Below, one piece after another: positions 26,396 through 41,590 of a stretch of 64,000 nucleotides of DNA. The notes beneath the pieces were generated by a model. The model had not been told where the DNA came from. It was given only the letters and a program-made list of their open reading frames with translations, and did not search any database. The stretch's first letter is position 1. Every line of letters starts with the position of its first letter. The DNA comes from the human T2T-CHM13v2.0 reference genome, Homo sapiens. Location: assembly GCF_009914755.1 (NCBI RefSeq), contig NC_060930.1; one strand, 5' to 3'. The position numbers were made by a program, and so were the translations under genes.

Positions 26396-27329
26396 ACTCA
26401 ATAGTCAGCATTTCACCAGTATTTACTGAGCACTTACTAAATTCCTACCACAGTTCTAGGCCTCAGACACACAGTGGTAATCAAAACTTGATACCGAGAA
26501 GGGCTTACAGGTTAGTAGAGGAGATACATTAAACAAATGAACACACAAATTTTGTTTAGTAAATGAATTTTCATGGAAATCGTGAGTGCTGGATTTCATT
26601 AATCCCTGATAATGTATTGCAAAATGAAAAAAATTAGATGCCCGAAAATAAAATTGGTCAAAGACAACAGTTCTAATAAGCATGCCAATGGGATTAAAAC
26701 ACGGATCAATTGAAAATGAGACCATTAATGGCACATGGTAGTTTTCTTTGATGGCAAGATTTTCCAAGGCAAAAGAAAACAGAAACAAATGCAGTCAGCA
26801 AAATCCTTAGACTGAAATGGAAGCAAAAAAGAAGACAAATTCAATTTAGCACAGAAAACAAATTGTACAGACATAGCCTGTGCCCCTCCTGACCTGGAGA
26901 AAGATGAAATAGCCCAAGAGGTAAAGATCAACAAAGAAGAAGCACGTCTCTGAAAACTGGGTAACGTAAGCAAAAGTTTCCCAAAGAAAACAATAATCTT
27001 GGAGGAAAAAAAATCATGAAAGTGCTGTTTTTTTGGGGTTTTTTTGTTTGTTTTTTTCTTTAAGAACTCTTTTCACACAGCCAAATAGCAAGACGTTCTA
27101 TTGCTTCTAGATTTGTACTCCTTTTGATAAGTTGTATCCACACTTATAATTACACAGAGCATGTATATACCTAGGATCCATCCACATCAATTGACACAAA
27201 TCTTCCTTAAATACAAAGTTTTAGGGCCCAGTTTCATAAGGGAGAACAATGGGGAATCAAATTAGATTGTGTTTGTTTTATGTCTTAGAAGGGATGAGGG
27301 GAGATTGCTATCATTACAATGATTATTTT

Positions 27330-27665
27330 TAAAAAACATTTAAATCAGAATCTTTGGGGATAGGATCCAGATATCAGTACTTTAGGTAAGCTTCTTGGAT
27401 TGATTCTAATGTGTAGCCAGGGTGAAAAAGCACTGGCTTTGAAGAAAGAACCTGGGGGTTGGAGTCAGAGAAGTTTGAGTTTCAGTAGACATTACCAGCC
27501 TTGTGGTATTAAAGCAAGTTACTAATCTCTATTTCTGCTTTCTCTTTTAGAAAATTGGGATGAGAACATCAATCTTATAATAGGACCTTTGTGAGTAGTA
27601 AATAGGACAATGTAAGTACAGCCTTTAACAGGGTGCCTGATACAGCATAGAGGTGCCATTAAAGT
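27330..27665 (+). mobile_element. MER5 fragment (to ~27436) followed by MIR
   Basis: AAATCAGAATCT..TGATTCTAATGTGTAGCCAGGG; then GGAGTCAGA..GCAAGTTACT..AAAATTGGGATGA. Confidence 0.65.
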
Positions 27666-28249
27666 CAGTGAGGCTGTTCTTTACACATGTCCTAATAGCA
27701 ACAAATACATATCAGATTTGAATGATTTTGCAGTTGGCCACCCACCAACCAGCTCTGCCTGGATAATTAGGAGATGCCAAAATGACTTATTTCTTTCCCT
27801 GTTACACACACATGTATACTCATATATTTACACACACACAAAGGCAATGCTGTTCAAAGGAAGCAGCAATTAATTTCTGGTTGGGAAACTAAGCACCCAG
27901 GACCAGAGGAAAGGGAGAATAGGAAGGTAAAATACTGTCAGGAAGGGCGGAGTGAAGAGCTACAACAGTATCTCAGGATGCTGGGGAAGGTAGGCTTAGA
28001 CCCAGAGACAAAGAAGTGACATCTTAGAAAGCCAGACACAAACATTAGCCCGAGATGAGGACATACTGTTGGTTTGGGGAACAGGAAGAAAAATCAAACA
28101 AGTTAAGGACTCTCTCCAAAGGAGGTCTGGGATCCGTCTTGAATTTGTATGCTCCAAACTCTGTATAGTTAGGTCATTTATGTAATTCTTACTGCCTGTA
28201 GCAGAGTAGTTGCTGCTCTGATCTGAATGTATTTCATAATTTCCAAAAG

Positions 28250-28480
28250 TAATAGCTAACAGCTATGAAGCACTTTCTGTAAGCCAGACATTGTGCTAAG
28301 CCCTTTATATGCATAAAGAGAATAACTCTATGGAATAAGTACACTCTTCTTCCTATTTTACAAATGAGAATGCTTTGAAAGGTAGTTAACTTGCTAAGCC
28401 TCACAAACTTAGTCTTGTGGTAGGAATATGACACATCCAGGTCCATCTGATTCCAACACTGAGGCTCTCAGAACTGTGCT
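28250..28480 (-). mobile_element. MIR
   Basis: GCCAGACATTGTGCTAAG...CCTATTTTACAAATGAG. Confidence 0.7.
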
Positions 28481-28666
28481 GTGTGCCCATACCTACTGGT
28501 ATGAAAATCCCTTTATTAATTAACAAGGATTTGCCCAGCAAGTGCTTTGAGGAAGAAACATCAGGGCTGCAAGATGAATGAGACAAGGTTCCTACTGTCA
28601 CATAATGTTCAGTACCACAAAGGAGCCAGATAAATGCTCACCATTTATTAAAAAGAGTCACGTATG

Positions 28667-28863
28667 AAGAGTTGCCAGACACAAAACACAAGGTGCTCGG
28701 TTAAATTTCAATTTCACATAAGTGACAAATTTGCTTAAGTATTTCCTATGCGATATTTGGGCCATACTTAAACAAATGTATTTGTTTGACAAGAAGTTGA
28801 AATTTGACTGGGTGTCCTTATTTTATCTGGTGTATTTTACCTGGTATTTTATCTGGTGACTCT
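28667..28863. mobile_element. MER53-like palindromic hAT MITE
   Basis: Termini AGAGTTGCCAGA and TCTGGTGACTCT; inverted arms GGTTAAATTTCAATTTC / GAAGTTGAAATTTGACT. Confidence 0.8.
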
Positions 28864-28989
28864 ATCATGTAATTGGTTTTATGACAGAGATTTAAAGTAG
28901 AAACGCAGAAGTGAGAGCCCTGGAAACAAAATCAAGGTATGAGAAATGGCAAACAGGTATGAGAAACGGCAAACAGATGGGATGCCAAG

Positions 28990-29350
28990 CTAACTCAGAA
29001 GAAAAGGAGATTGTACCTAGTTGTGTAGTTAGGAAGGGCTACAAGGTAGTATTTGAGCTTGACCTTAAATGTGAATAGGGTTTGTTCGTATGTGAACGGG
29101 CAGAGATGACGTTCCAGGCCAAGAGAACAATGTGAGCAAGCGTGTGGAGGTGGGGAAAGCAAAGTTATAACTCAATAATGAATTGAGATTGTTTAGAACC
29201 TGAGTTTTTCTGAGTCCAGAGTCCATAACTATTACATCTCATGAGTTAGAGAAGAATGAGGTCTTCAGAAGGTAAACACCAGCAATAGCAGTTGATTGGA
29301 AACAGATTGTGCAGGGACTAGAATACCAGGCTGAAGCCTATAGGCTTAGT
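28990..29350 (-). mobile_element. L2 fragment
   Basis: ATTTGAGCTTGACCTT..GTTCCAGGC..GAGAACAATGTGAGCAA antisense L2. Confidence 0.6.
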
Positions 29351-30187
29351 TAAAAATAACTCAGTATGAGGGAACACATAACATTTCGAGATCATTTTAT
29401 GTCCAAGTCATAGCTAACAGAGAGACTCCAGCAGCCTTTGGAAGTGAGAATGAAGAGAGCAGCCAGAACCCCAAAGCAGGTCAGTTAGCCAGATGCTGCC
29501 CCCACCACCCCTGGGCCCACATCTGCGAGGATGTCCCACAGTGTAGCTTGGTGTAGTGGAACCAAGAAGGCCTATGGCATTTTATTGGCCAAAGATGCAT
29601 TTGGCTTCAGCTAGATGTCTGTATCCAAGGAACAATATCCACCTTATACTTGTTTTTACTAAAAAAAAAAAAAAAGAAAGAAAGAAAAAAAGAAAAAAAA
29701 AGTGCAAAGTGCATCTCCCTTGTAAGTCAGAGAAAAAAAAGGAAAACCCTTTAACAAACTTACTCATGATTGTGCTGACCCTTAAAAATGCTTTCCTGAT
29801 GAGTAATTGGGTAGAGAGAATAGTCATTCTAGCCTTATCTTGGTTGCAAAAATGTGTCCTTTCACCCAGTTGTTTTACCTGCAGAGGGTGGAGTGTGAGC
29901 AGACTTTGGAGTAAGGGCGGGAGGGGTTGGGGCAGGTAAAGTGGACAAACATGTGTTGTCTGCTTGTTACCAGTGACTCATTTGAGAGCACCTGGTTTCT
30001 TGGGGCTACACTTTCATGTAGTTTCTCATCCTGAAGAGCAACTTGCCACATAGGCATTCACCCAGTTACTCATCCAGCTGAAGCTCTGGAGACAGGCAAA
30101 GAATTAACCAATTAATAACCATACCCAAGATCTCAATATTGAAGAGCTTTGTGAATTATGTGCATTGGGGGCAGGAGAGTCCTTTAG

Positions 30188-33296
<3,109 letters not shown>

Positions 33297-33496
33297 AAGA
33301 ACTACATACTTTTGAAAAGTGACAAATTGTTTCTGTAATTCTGATGTTAAATTCACTTATCTCAATCATGCTGAATGCAGACCAAAGATATTAGTTTGGC
33401 AAAACTAATTTAAGGAGATAGAAATTAGAATAATTGTTACCCCAGAGTGGAGGGGAGGTCGACTGGGAATGGGAAGGTACACAAAGTAATTTTCTA

Positions 33497-33822
<326 letters not shown>

Positions 33823-34201
33823 GTCTATATGGTCTATATCTTGATTGGGGCATTAGTTTCAGATGAGATACATAAGTTAAAACTCATCAAACTGTGCACT
33901 TAGTGTGCATTTTATTGTAAATAAATACCTATTGCAAATACCTTGATTTTAAAAATTTCTTTAAATGCCTGCTCCCTAAGAGCAGTTAAGAGCCAGTTTT
34001 TGCCACATGCTCTTGGAGACCACCTTTTGTCTGGAACCTGAGCTAGCCCTTTGCCAAAGAAGAGATTTCAGCAAATTCTACAGCCCCATAAAGTAATCCA
34101 GAAAATCACTGGCAGTGACAGTCAGAGTTTACAAGATCTGATATTTAAACTCTCCATAGAATTTTACATTTCAATTTTGTTTTGTATTTTAACATGTATT
34201 A

Positions 34202-34549
<348 letters not shown>

Positions 34550-34588
34550 TTACAGATGTTTCTCAAGTTCGACTGAGTAGAGAGAGAT

Positions 34589-35055
34589 TGTGACAGCTAT
34601 TACTAGTTGCTAAGTTAGCTTCTTACTTCATTCACAGAACCTCAGTTTGGTTCAGGAAGCAATTTCCCAGTTAAAAATATTCATGTCCCTAGACTCTGTT
34701 GTAGCTATGGTGGCTGTGTGACCCAGTTCTGGCCAACGAGATATAAACAAAAGTCTACTGGATCGGAATTTGGGGAAAACTATTGTTTTCCCAATAAAAA
34801 GGATCCCACCATGGGCAGGTGCCTTTTTCTCTTTGATTCTTCTCTGTCCTCTGTCTTCAGCATGAAAATAAGGTGAAATGGTTGGATGAAGTACAGCCAT
34901 CTTGGACCATTAAGACGCTAAGGGTGGCAGAGCTGGAAGGAAGAAAGAGGCTGCTTCCTAACCATAGCCTCTTTATTACATGAAAAACACCCCCTAGTTT
35001 GGTTAAGCCACTAAAGTAGGGTTTCTTTTATATCCAGCCAAATCCAATTATGGTA
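34589..35055 (+). mobile_element. Old MLT1 (J/K-like) MaLR LTR
   Basis: TGTGACCCAGTTCTGGCCAACGAGAT, CAGCCATCTTG, GGTTAAGCCACT. Confidence 0.7.
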
Positions 35056-35669
35056 CTTTAAAATTTTTAACTTAAAAATATGAATTAACTATAAGCATAG
35101 GTGGTACATGATTTTGCAGAAGACCTAAGTGTGAGACACGAGGAACGGGGATCTAAGAAACACAGGACTGTACTGTGAGCTCCTTGAGGACAGGGACCAC
35201 GTCTGATTGTTGTTGTTACATCTTTTCATGAGCCCAGCACTGGAATATAGGAGGTGTCCAATTTGTATTTGTCAGATGGAACTCTGTGCCAACTTAAGCG
35301 AGGAGCCATATTTCAAAAGACCTTATCTCCCAGGCCGGAAAAATTATTTTTATAGGAACTTGGTCGGGACAGTCCTGAATTTAAGAGATTCCTTTTTCAA
35401 CCAAATTCAAATTCCTCTTGAGGCTAGAGAAGGGTTCCATTTCCTCTTGACACATCCTTATTAAAGGAAGAGAATAACCATATGATCCCATTCAGAAAAT
35501 TAAAATCTGGAACCCAGTGCAGATTCTGAGACAGGGTTGTTCCCTGATAGTACATCTGGACTCACAGTAAGGTTCTAGCCTTCCTGTGTGAGGGTTGTAG
35601 TGAAAGACCACCAGAAAGCAAATGCGCCATGCTTGCTTGTTTGGTGGCGGGGCTGAATTTGTGCTTATG

Positions 35670-35880
35670 CCCTGGTGTGTTGGAGCTGCCTTGAGGTGGT
35701 GAGAGTTGATTGTGTGTGTCTTTTACTACCTCCCGCTTCAGTGACTTCATGTTGTAGCTTGAAATGGGCCATGGTGGAAGTATTTACTCCCTGGAAATAA
35801 GCAAATGTTACAAATCAGAGTCCCCCCAACCCATCCTCCTCCCAAGAGCTGGTTATTAAACATCTACTAGTATACCACTG
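35670..35880 (+). mobile_element. MER63A-like hAT relic
   Basis: TAGCTTGAAATGGGCCATGGTGGAAGTATTTAC..TACAAATCAG..ACCACTG. Confidence 0.78.
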
Positions 35881-35924
35881 TGCTTATCTGTCCCTGTTTC
35901 CTCTCTCAGGTAGTCACTGTAATG

Positions 35925-36670
35925 CCAGTAATGATAGTGCCTTATATTTGGATAGTGGGTTCCAGTTTTTAAAGTGTCACCACATAAAGGATCTCATTTG
36001 ACTCTCCCAGCAGCCCTAAGAGATAGACAAGGACTTTGTTATTCGCCTCATATATTAGTTTCCTATTGCGACTGTAACAAATTGCCACATTTTTAGTGGC
36101 TTAAATGGACACAAACATATATCATCTTAGAGTTCTGGGAATAAGTCTGAAATGGGTCTCAAGGGGCTAAAACCAAGGTACTGGCAGGGCTGTACTCCTT
36201 CTGGAGGCCCTAGGGAAGAATCAGTTCCTTGCCTTTTCCAGGTTACAGAGGCCACTGCATTCCTAAACTCATGTTTCCATCAACTTTCCATCCTCAAAGC
36301 CAGCAACAGCATCATTTTGACTTCTGTTTCCATCGTCACATCTCCTTCTCTGACTCTGACTCTTCCGTTCCCTCAAAAGGACCCTTGAGATTCCACTGGA
36401 TCCACCTATATAATCCAGGATACGCTCCCCTCTTAAGGTCCTAAATCACATCTGCAAATCCCTTTTTGCCGTTTGAGGTCACATGGTTACAGATTCCAGG
36501 AATTAAGATGTAAACATGTTAGGGGGGAAAGGGTCATTATTCTGCTTACCATACCCCCTTTTATAGATGAGGAAGCCAGCTCTGTAAGATGATGGCTCTG
36601 GTTAAGTTCATGCAGCTGTCAGTGGCGAGGAGAGACTTGGCTTGAGGCCCATGCTTTTCCCACTGCAGTG
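35925..36670 (-). mobile_element. MIR split by the MLT1D LTR
   Basis: ATCTCATTTGACTCTCCCAGCAGCCCT before the LTR and CCCCTTTTATAGATGAGGAA after it. Confidence 0.65.
36051..36553 (-). mobile_element. MLT1D-like MaLR solo LTR
   Basis: TATTAGTTTCCTATTGC..GTAACAAATT..CATTATTCTGCTTACCATA. Confidence 0.85.
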
Positions 36671-36907
36671 TGCTGTGTCTGTAAATATTTTTCCAACAGC
36701 TGGCCCAGGGCAGGGGCACATTCTGGGGCAAAGGATATAGCATATTTAAGGATAGCTAGTATCTGGGAGACTGAACCTATGACTTTATGGGCCCTCCCAG
36801 GTCCATGCTTCTGCTAATGACACATCCTCCAATTTTCTTCCCAGAGTCCCTCAGATACCTCAGAGTGGGAATACAATTACCTAAAGTCTCTCAGAATTAG
36901 ATTTTCT

Positions 36908-37207
36908 TTTCTTTTCTTTTGTTTTTTCAGACAGAGTCTTGCTCTGTCACCCAGGCTGTAGTGCAGTAGCATGATCTCGGCTCACTGCAACCTCTGCCTC
37001 CCGGGTTCAAGTGATTCTCTTGCCTAGGCCTCCCGAGTAGCTGAGACTACAGGTGTGCACCACCATGCCCAGTTAATTTTTATATTTTCAGTAGAGACGG
37101 AGTTTCACCATGTTGGCCAGGCCGATCTCAAACTCCTGACCTCAAGTGATGAGCCCGCCTCAGTCTCCCAAGTGCTAGAATTACAGGTGTGGGCTACTGC
37201 ACCCAGC
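36908..37207 (-). mobile_element. AluS SINE
   Basis: Antisense Alu; TSD TCAGAATTAGATTTTCT / TCAGAGCTAGATTTTCT. Confidence 0.92.
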
Positions 37208-37707
37208 TCAGAGCTAGATTTTCTACGTATTGGTTGAGATATAACTAAGGGCTTACCAAGACACATGGACACATTTCCTTCCACCCACTCTTTAGCCACT
37301 CAGCAGTCCGACCCCTTTCTTTTCTGGGACTGAGCGTCCAACCTCACGACTCATCACACTTTCTATTCTGTCTCCCAGGTCATCACCACCTCCCTTCCTC
37401 AGATGAAATAATATGTAAATAGAGGAAACTATTAGGATGTCAGCACATCATAAGGACGTCTGTGACACTCAGTGACACTCAAACTGATTAGATTCAAATC
37501 GGAAGAAGGATTAGAGCCCTCCCCCACTCCTACTAGTGCTCTATGCCAAGAGAAGGCAGCAGCTTAAAAGATGCTGAATTAGGAAGCTTGTGTCCTTGTT
37601 CACATACTCTTCTCCCAATTCATGGCCTGACTTTGGGCAATCACTTCTTGTGAGCCTTCATTCCCGTATCAGGGTTGACACAAGAAGCAGTTCACTCCTT
37701 GAAATGC

Positions 37708-37960
37708 TATAGTATAATGTAAAAGTGCTGGATCTAGCATCAGACTTCCTGAGTTCACAATCCTGGTTCCACCAGTTATTAGATGGGCAAAGTTGGATAA
37801 AACACTTCTCTATGTCTCATTCTTCTTATAAATAAAATGGGGATGCTAATGATATCACCATTTTACAGACTTATTGTAATGATCGAATGACTTAATGCAG
37901 GCAATGTACTTTAGCATAGTGCCTGGCATATCATAAGCCCTTAATAAATGTTAGTTATAG
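37708..37960 (+). mobile_element. MIR, near full length
   Basis: CCTGAGTTC..TAAAATGGGGATGCTAAT..TAGCATAGTGCCTGGCATA..AATAAATGTTAGTTA. Confidence 0.8.
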
Positions 37961-37971
37961 TTGTTGCAGGT

Positions 37972-38330
37972 TAGTGATTTTTAAAGTGTGGTCCCTGAAC
38001 CAGCAGCATCAGCTTCATGTGGAAATTTACTAAAAATGCAGATTCAAAAGCCCATTTCAGACTTTCTGAACCAGGAACTCTCAGGATGATTGAATTGAGT
38101 TTCTCAGGCCATTGAATCCTTACAAAAAAAGTCTGTAACATGGTGACATTATTAGCATCTCCATTTTGTTTATAAGAAAAATGAGACTGAGACAAGTGTT
38201 TTATTCTACTTCACCCATCTAATAATTGGCGGAACCAGGGTTGTGAACTCAGGCTGGGGCCTAGCTATCTGTGTTTTAACAAACCCTTTAGAGAATTCTG
38301 ATGCTACATGCTAAAGTTTGGGAACCACTC
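37972..38330 (+). mobile_element. MER5A interrupted at 38086-38253 by an inverted copy of the adjacent MIR
   Basis: AAAGTGTGGTCCC..CCAGCAGCATCAGC left half; TGGGGCC..ATCTGTGTTTTAACAA..CTAAAGTTTGGGAACCACT right half. Confidence 0.85.
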
Positions 38331-39964
38331 ATGTAGATGCTTCTAAAATCTCTTCCAGTTCTGGAATTCTATTATTTCATGCAAGGTTATACATTTATGC
38401 AAGGCCCCCAAAATTATTATTATTCATGCATGTTGTTCCACAAACATTTATTACATCTCCCTTCATATTGAGATCTGGGGCTAAAAAGCAAAGTAAGACA
38501 TAGCCTGTGACCTCAAGTAGTTTATAGTCTATCTCATTACCCTTAATTTATAAGTTTTAAAATATCTTATTTGTAAATTTTTCTGCATTGATTCATGGCT
38601 ACTATTTACTATATAAAAACAGTATTCTTCTTTAAAAAAAATCTGGTGGTTACAGTTAGAGTAAGATATTAGCTAAGTGACCTTGAAACTCAGTTTCTTC
38701 ATTTTTAGAATGAGACTAGTAATACCTCATTCACTAATTTGTTGTGAAAATTAATATAATTAAATGGGATGACATGCATGAAATGACAGTTTGTTATAAA
38801 TGTCTAAAAATGGTCAGCTGGGTCTCTATTTGAACCTAGTCATAATTAAGTATTGTTGATTAGTATTGATTTGGCTTTATAGTGTATGTTGTTGATAGTC
38901 AAAAAAAAGAAAAAGGTTCAATTCATTATATGTTGAAATCTAGCTCCTCAGTGCTATAAAGAGCATACATCACTTTCACTTTCTCTTTTTCAGAACTCAG
39001 GTGTTGAAGACCCTCTTTGTAGTTCAGAAATAAATCAGAGAAATAGCTGGTGTGTATCCAAAAGGCCACATTAGAGCTAGGAATCAAAGAAAAGTTTAGA
39101 CCAGCTACAGTCTCCTCAGCTATTTATGGTATAACTTTGAAATTCCCTCGGAAACTTCCCTTTTGATTCTGTCTCAGAAGATGTTATCTGATTAACTAGG
39201 CAGTCTACAGATTGCAGAAGAGTTTCAACTCTCTTTGTTTAAAATCAAGGACCTGCCCCTGAGTGTGAACTGGAAATAGAGCCCTTAAAGTCACCCAAAT
39301 TCAGTTCAACAAATGCCACGTTGCTGAAAGACCATGATGGACTGCTTTTGAAGTTAGTGGTTTCTTCAACCAACAGGGCTCACTCTGAGTTTGGAAACTT
39401 TCTACGCATCAGGAGAAGAATAGCAACAATCCTATTCATTGACATGAAGCATTCTGCCTGCTTTTCCTTTATCCACCCAAACTAAAGAGAGTGTTTCGTG
39501 AAACTTCTTGGGGTGAGATTTTTAATGTGTGCCAAGATCTTGCTGCTCTGTTAAGTCCTGGCCAAGGAGGAAACAGCTGCTGAAAAGGCTAATGCGTCAC
39601 CTTGAGTCTTACCTACAGATAGGAGCATGCCTTCTATTTATTGAATCACACTCTTTAGGTACTAGCCCTTCACTACTGCTCCTGACCTTTCGCCAATCTC
39701 CACTTGTTCAAATCTAAGTGGCACCTCACTTGTCAATGAATCCATGTAAGCCCTGGAGTTTTAACAAAACAATAGTCCCAGATTCTAAGGTGTAAGACAG
39801 TAAATTAAGATAATGTTTTGAGGGCTTCGATGTTGAAAATCTAGATCTTGATAAGTGCTGGAAGAGACACGGTCGAAGATGGCTTTTGTCTACTTGGGTA
39901 GCTAATTTGTTTACAGGGATGTTCTGTAGGGATCTGGAATTTAGCATCTTCAGACCTCAAACCA

Positions 39965-40210
39965 TCATCATCTTAATTCACTGAGTGCCTGCTGGTGTGT
40001 GTGTGTCAGGCCCTGCGCGAGGAGTGTTTCTTACTTGACCTCATTTCAATCCTCACAACTCTGCAAGGTTGATTTTATCAATCCTATTTTATAGGGGAAC
40101 GATATCAAACCTCAGCCTGGTCACATAACTTAGCTAAAAATTAATGGCTAGTTCAACAAAAATGAGATTGGTCTTCAGGCCCATCTGACTCCAGAACCCA
40201 TATCTTTCCT
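39965..40210 (-). mobile_element. MIR
   Basis: CTCATTTCAATCCTCACAAC..ATCCTATTTTATAG..TCTGACTCCAGA. Confidence 0.7.
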
Positions 40211-40559
40211 AATTTATTTAGTGGAACAAAAACAAATCCATGTGCTCACAACAGAACACTGGGTATTAATTGCTCCCTCTTTTGTACCCCACAAGACCTT
40301 TCTTCCATCTGATGGGTCATCAGACCTTACAATGGCACCTTTTAAATGGATTTCTTTCTGCCTTCTTCTCCGTCTGCATCTCTAGCCCTCTCATTACAAT
40401 CAAATAAATAAAATTTCCTCCTATCATTTTCTGCACTCCAGTTTTCATGGCCCTCCAATTCATCCTTCATGCTCCTCTTGGAGTCATCTTCCTAAGACTC
40501 AAACCTGGTATCTGTATTTAGATTTAGATGTTACAAGCAATGGAAGTAAAGTATGGCAA

Positions 40560-41080
40560 GTACTAATCTCAGAAGATAGCTAGGTACTATGGGCACTCAA
40601 TGAAAGGCTCCTAAATGGTTAGGAGCAAGGTTTGGGGAGTAGGAGGTAGGAAAGGCATCCTGAGGGAAATAATAATTGAGCTGATACATGAGGGTTAAAA
40701 AAGGATTATACAAGTATAGTGTGGCAAGGACTGGGCTATCAAGATGGGAAAATATATGCCTGAAGACTGGGGGCAAGAAGGGATTTAAAGAGAAAAGGGA
40801 ACTGAGAATAGAGATCAGAGAAAAAGAAGGAAAAACAAGGTGTTGCAGAAGCCAAGGGATGAGACTGTATGAGAAGGCAAGAGTGGACCACAGTGTCAAT
40901 GTTGCCAAGAGGTCAAATAAGATGAGAGCAAAGAGTGTCCATTGGATTCAACAGTGGAGAAATCACTAATGACTGCACTAAAAGCCCTTTGAGTCAGTGA
41001 TGTGAACAAAGGCTAGGTCACAGTGTTGAGAGAAGCAAATGGACTCTGAGGCACTGGAGACTGGAACTGTAGACAAATCA
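40560..41080 (-). mobile_element. L2 fragment
   Basis: GAAGCCAAGGGA..GTGTCAATGTTGCCAAGAGGTCAAATAAGATGAG..GTGTCCATTGGATT. Confidence 0.7.
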
Positions 41081-41094
41081 TGGAAATTTAAAAC

Positions 41095-41590
41095 ATATCA
41101 TTATTTTTTCAGATTCAGGGGGTCCATGTGCAGGTTTGTTATGGATAGATTGCATAATGCTGAGGTTTAGGCTTCCATTGATTTGTCACCAAATAATGAA
41201 CATAATATTCAATGGGTAGTTTTTCAAATCTTACCCCACTCCCTCCTTCCCCACTCTAGTAGTCCCCAGTGTCTCTTGTTCCCATCTTTGTGTCTGTGTG
41301 GACTCAATGTTTAGGTTCCACTTATAAGTGAGAAGAGGTGACATCTGGTTTTCTGAATTAATTCACTTAGGATAATGGCCCCCAGCTGCATCCATGTTGC
41401 TGCAAAGGACATGATTTCATTCTTTTTTTTTTTATGACTGTGTAATATTTCATGGTGTTGGAATTTTCTTTCTCCAATCCACCATATTTTCTTTATCTAA
41501 TCCATCACTGATGAGGACCTGGGTTGATTCTATGTCTTTGCTATTCTGAATAGTGCTGTGATAAAGATGCGAGCACAGGTATCTTTTTAA
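41095..41590 (-). mobile_element. Old L1PA (PA15-PA16-like) 3' fragment
   Basis: GATTCAGGGGGTCCATGTGCAGGTTTGTTA..CATCCATGTTGCTGCAAAGGACATG. Confidence 0.85.

Noticed and set aside
26560-27020. Purine-rich stretch resembling a processed pseudogene
   Set aside because: Stops in all plus frames; no TSD, poly-A or recognisable product
28935-28976. Short tandem duplications here and at 37463-37482, 42590-42655, 49080-49142, 57586-57613 and 61279-61301
   Set aside because: Ordinary slippage-type duplications with no spacers; not CRISPR-like
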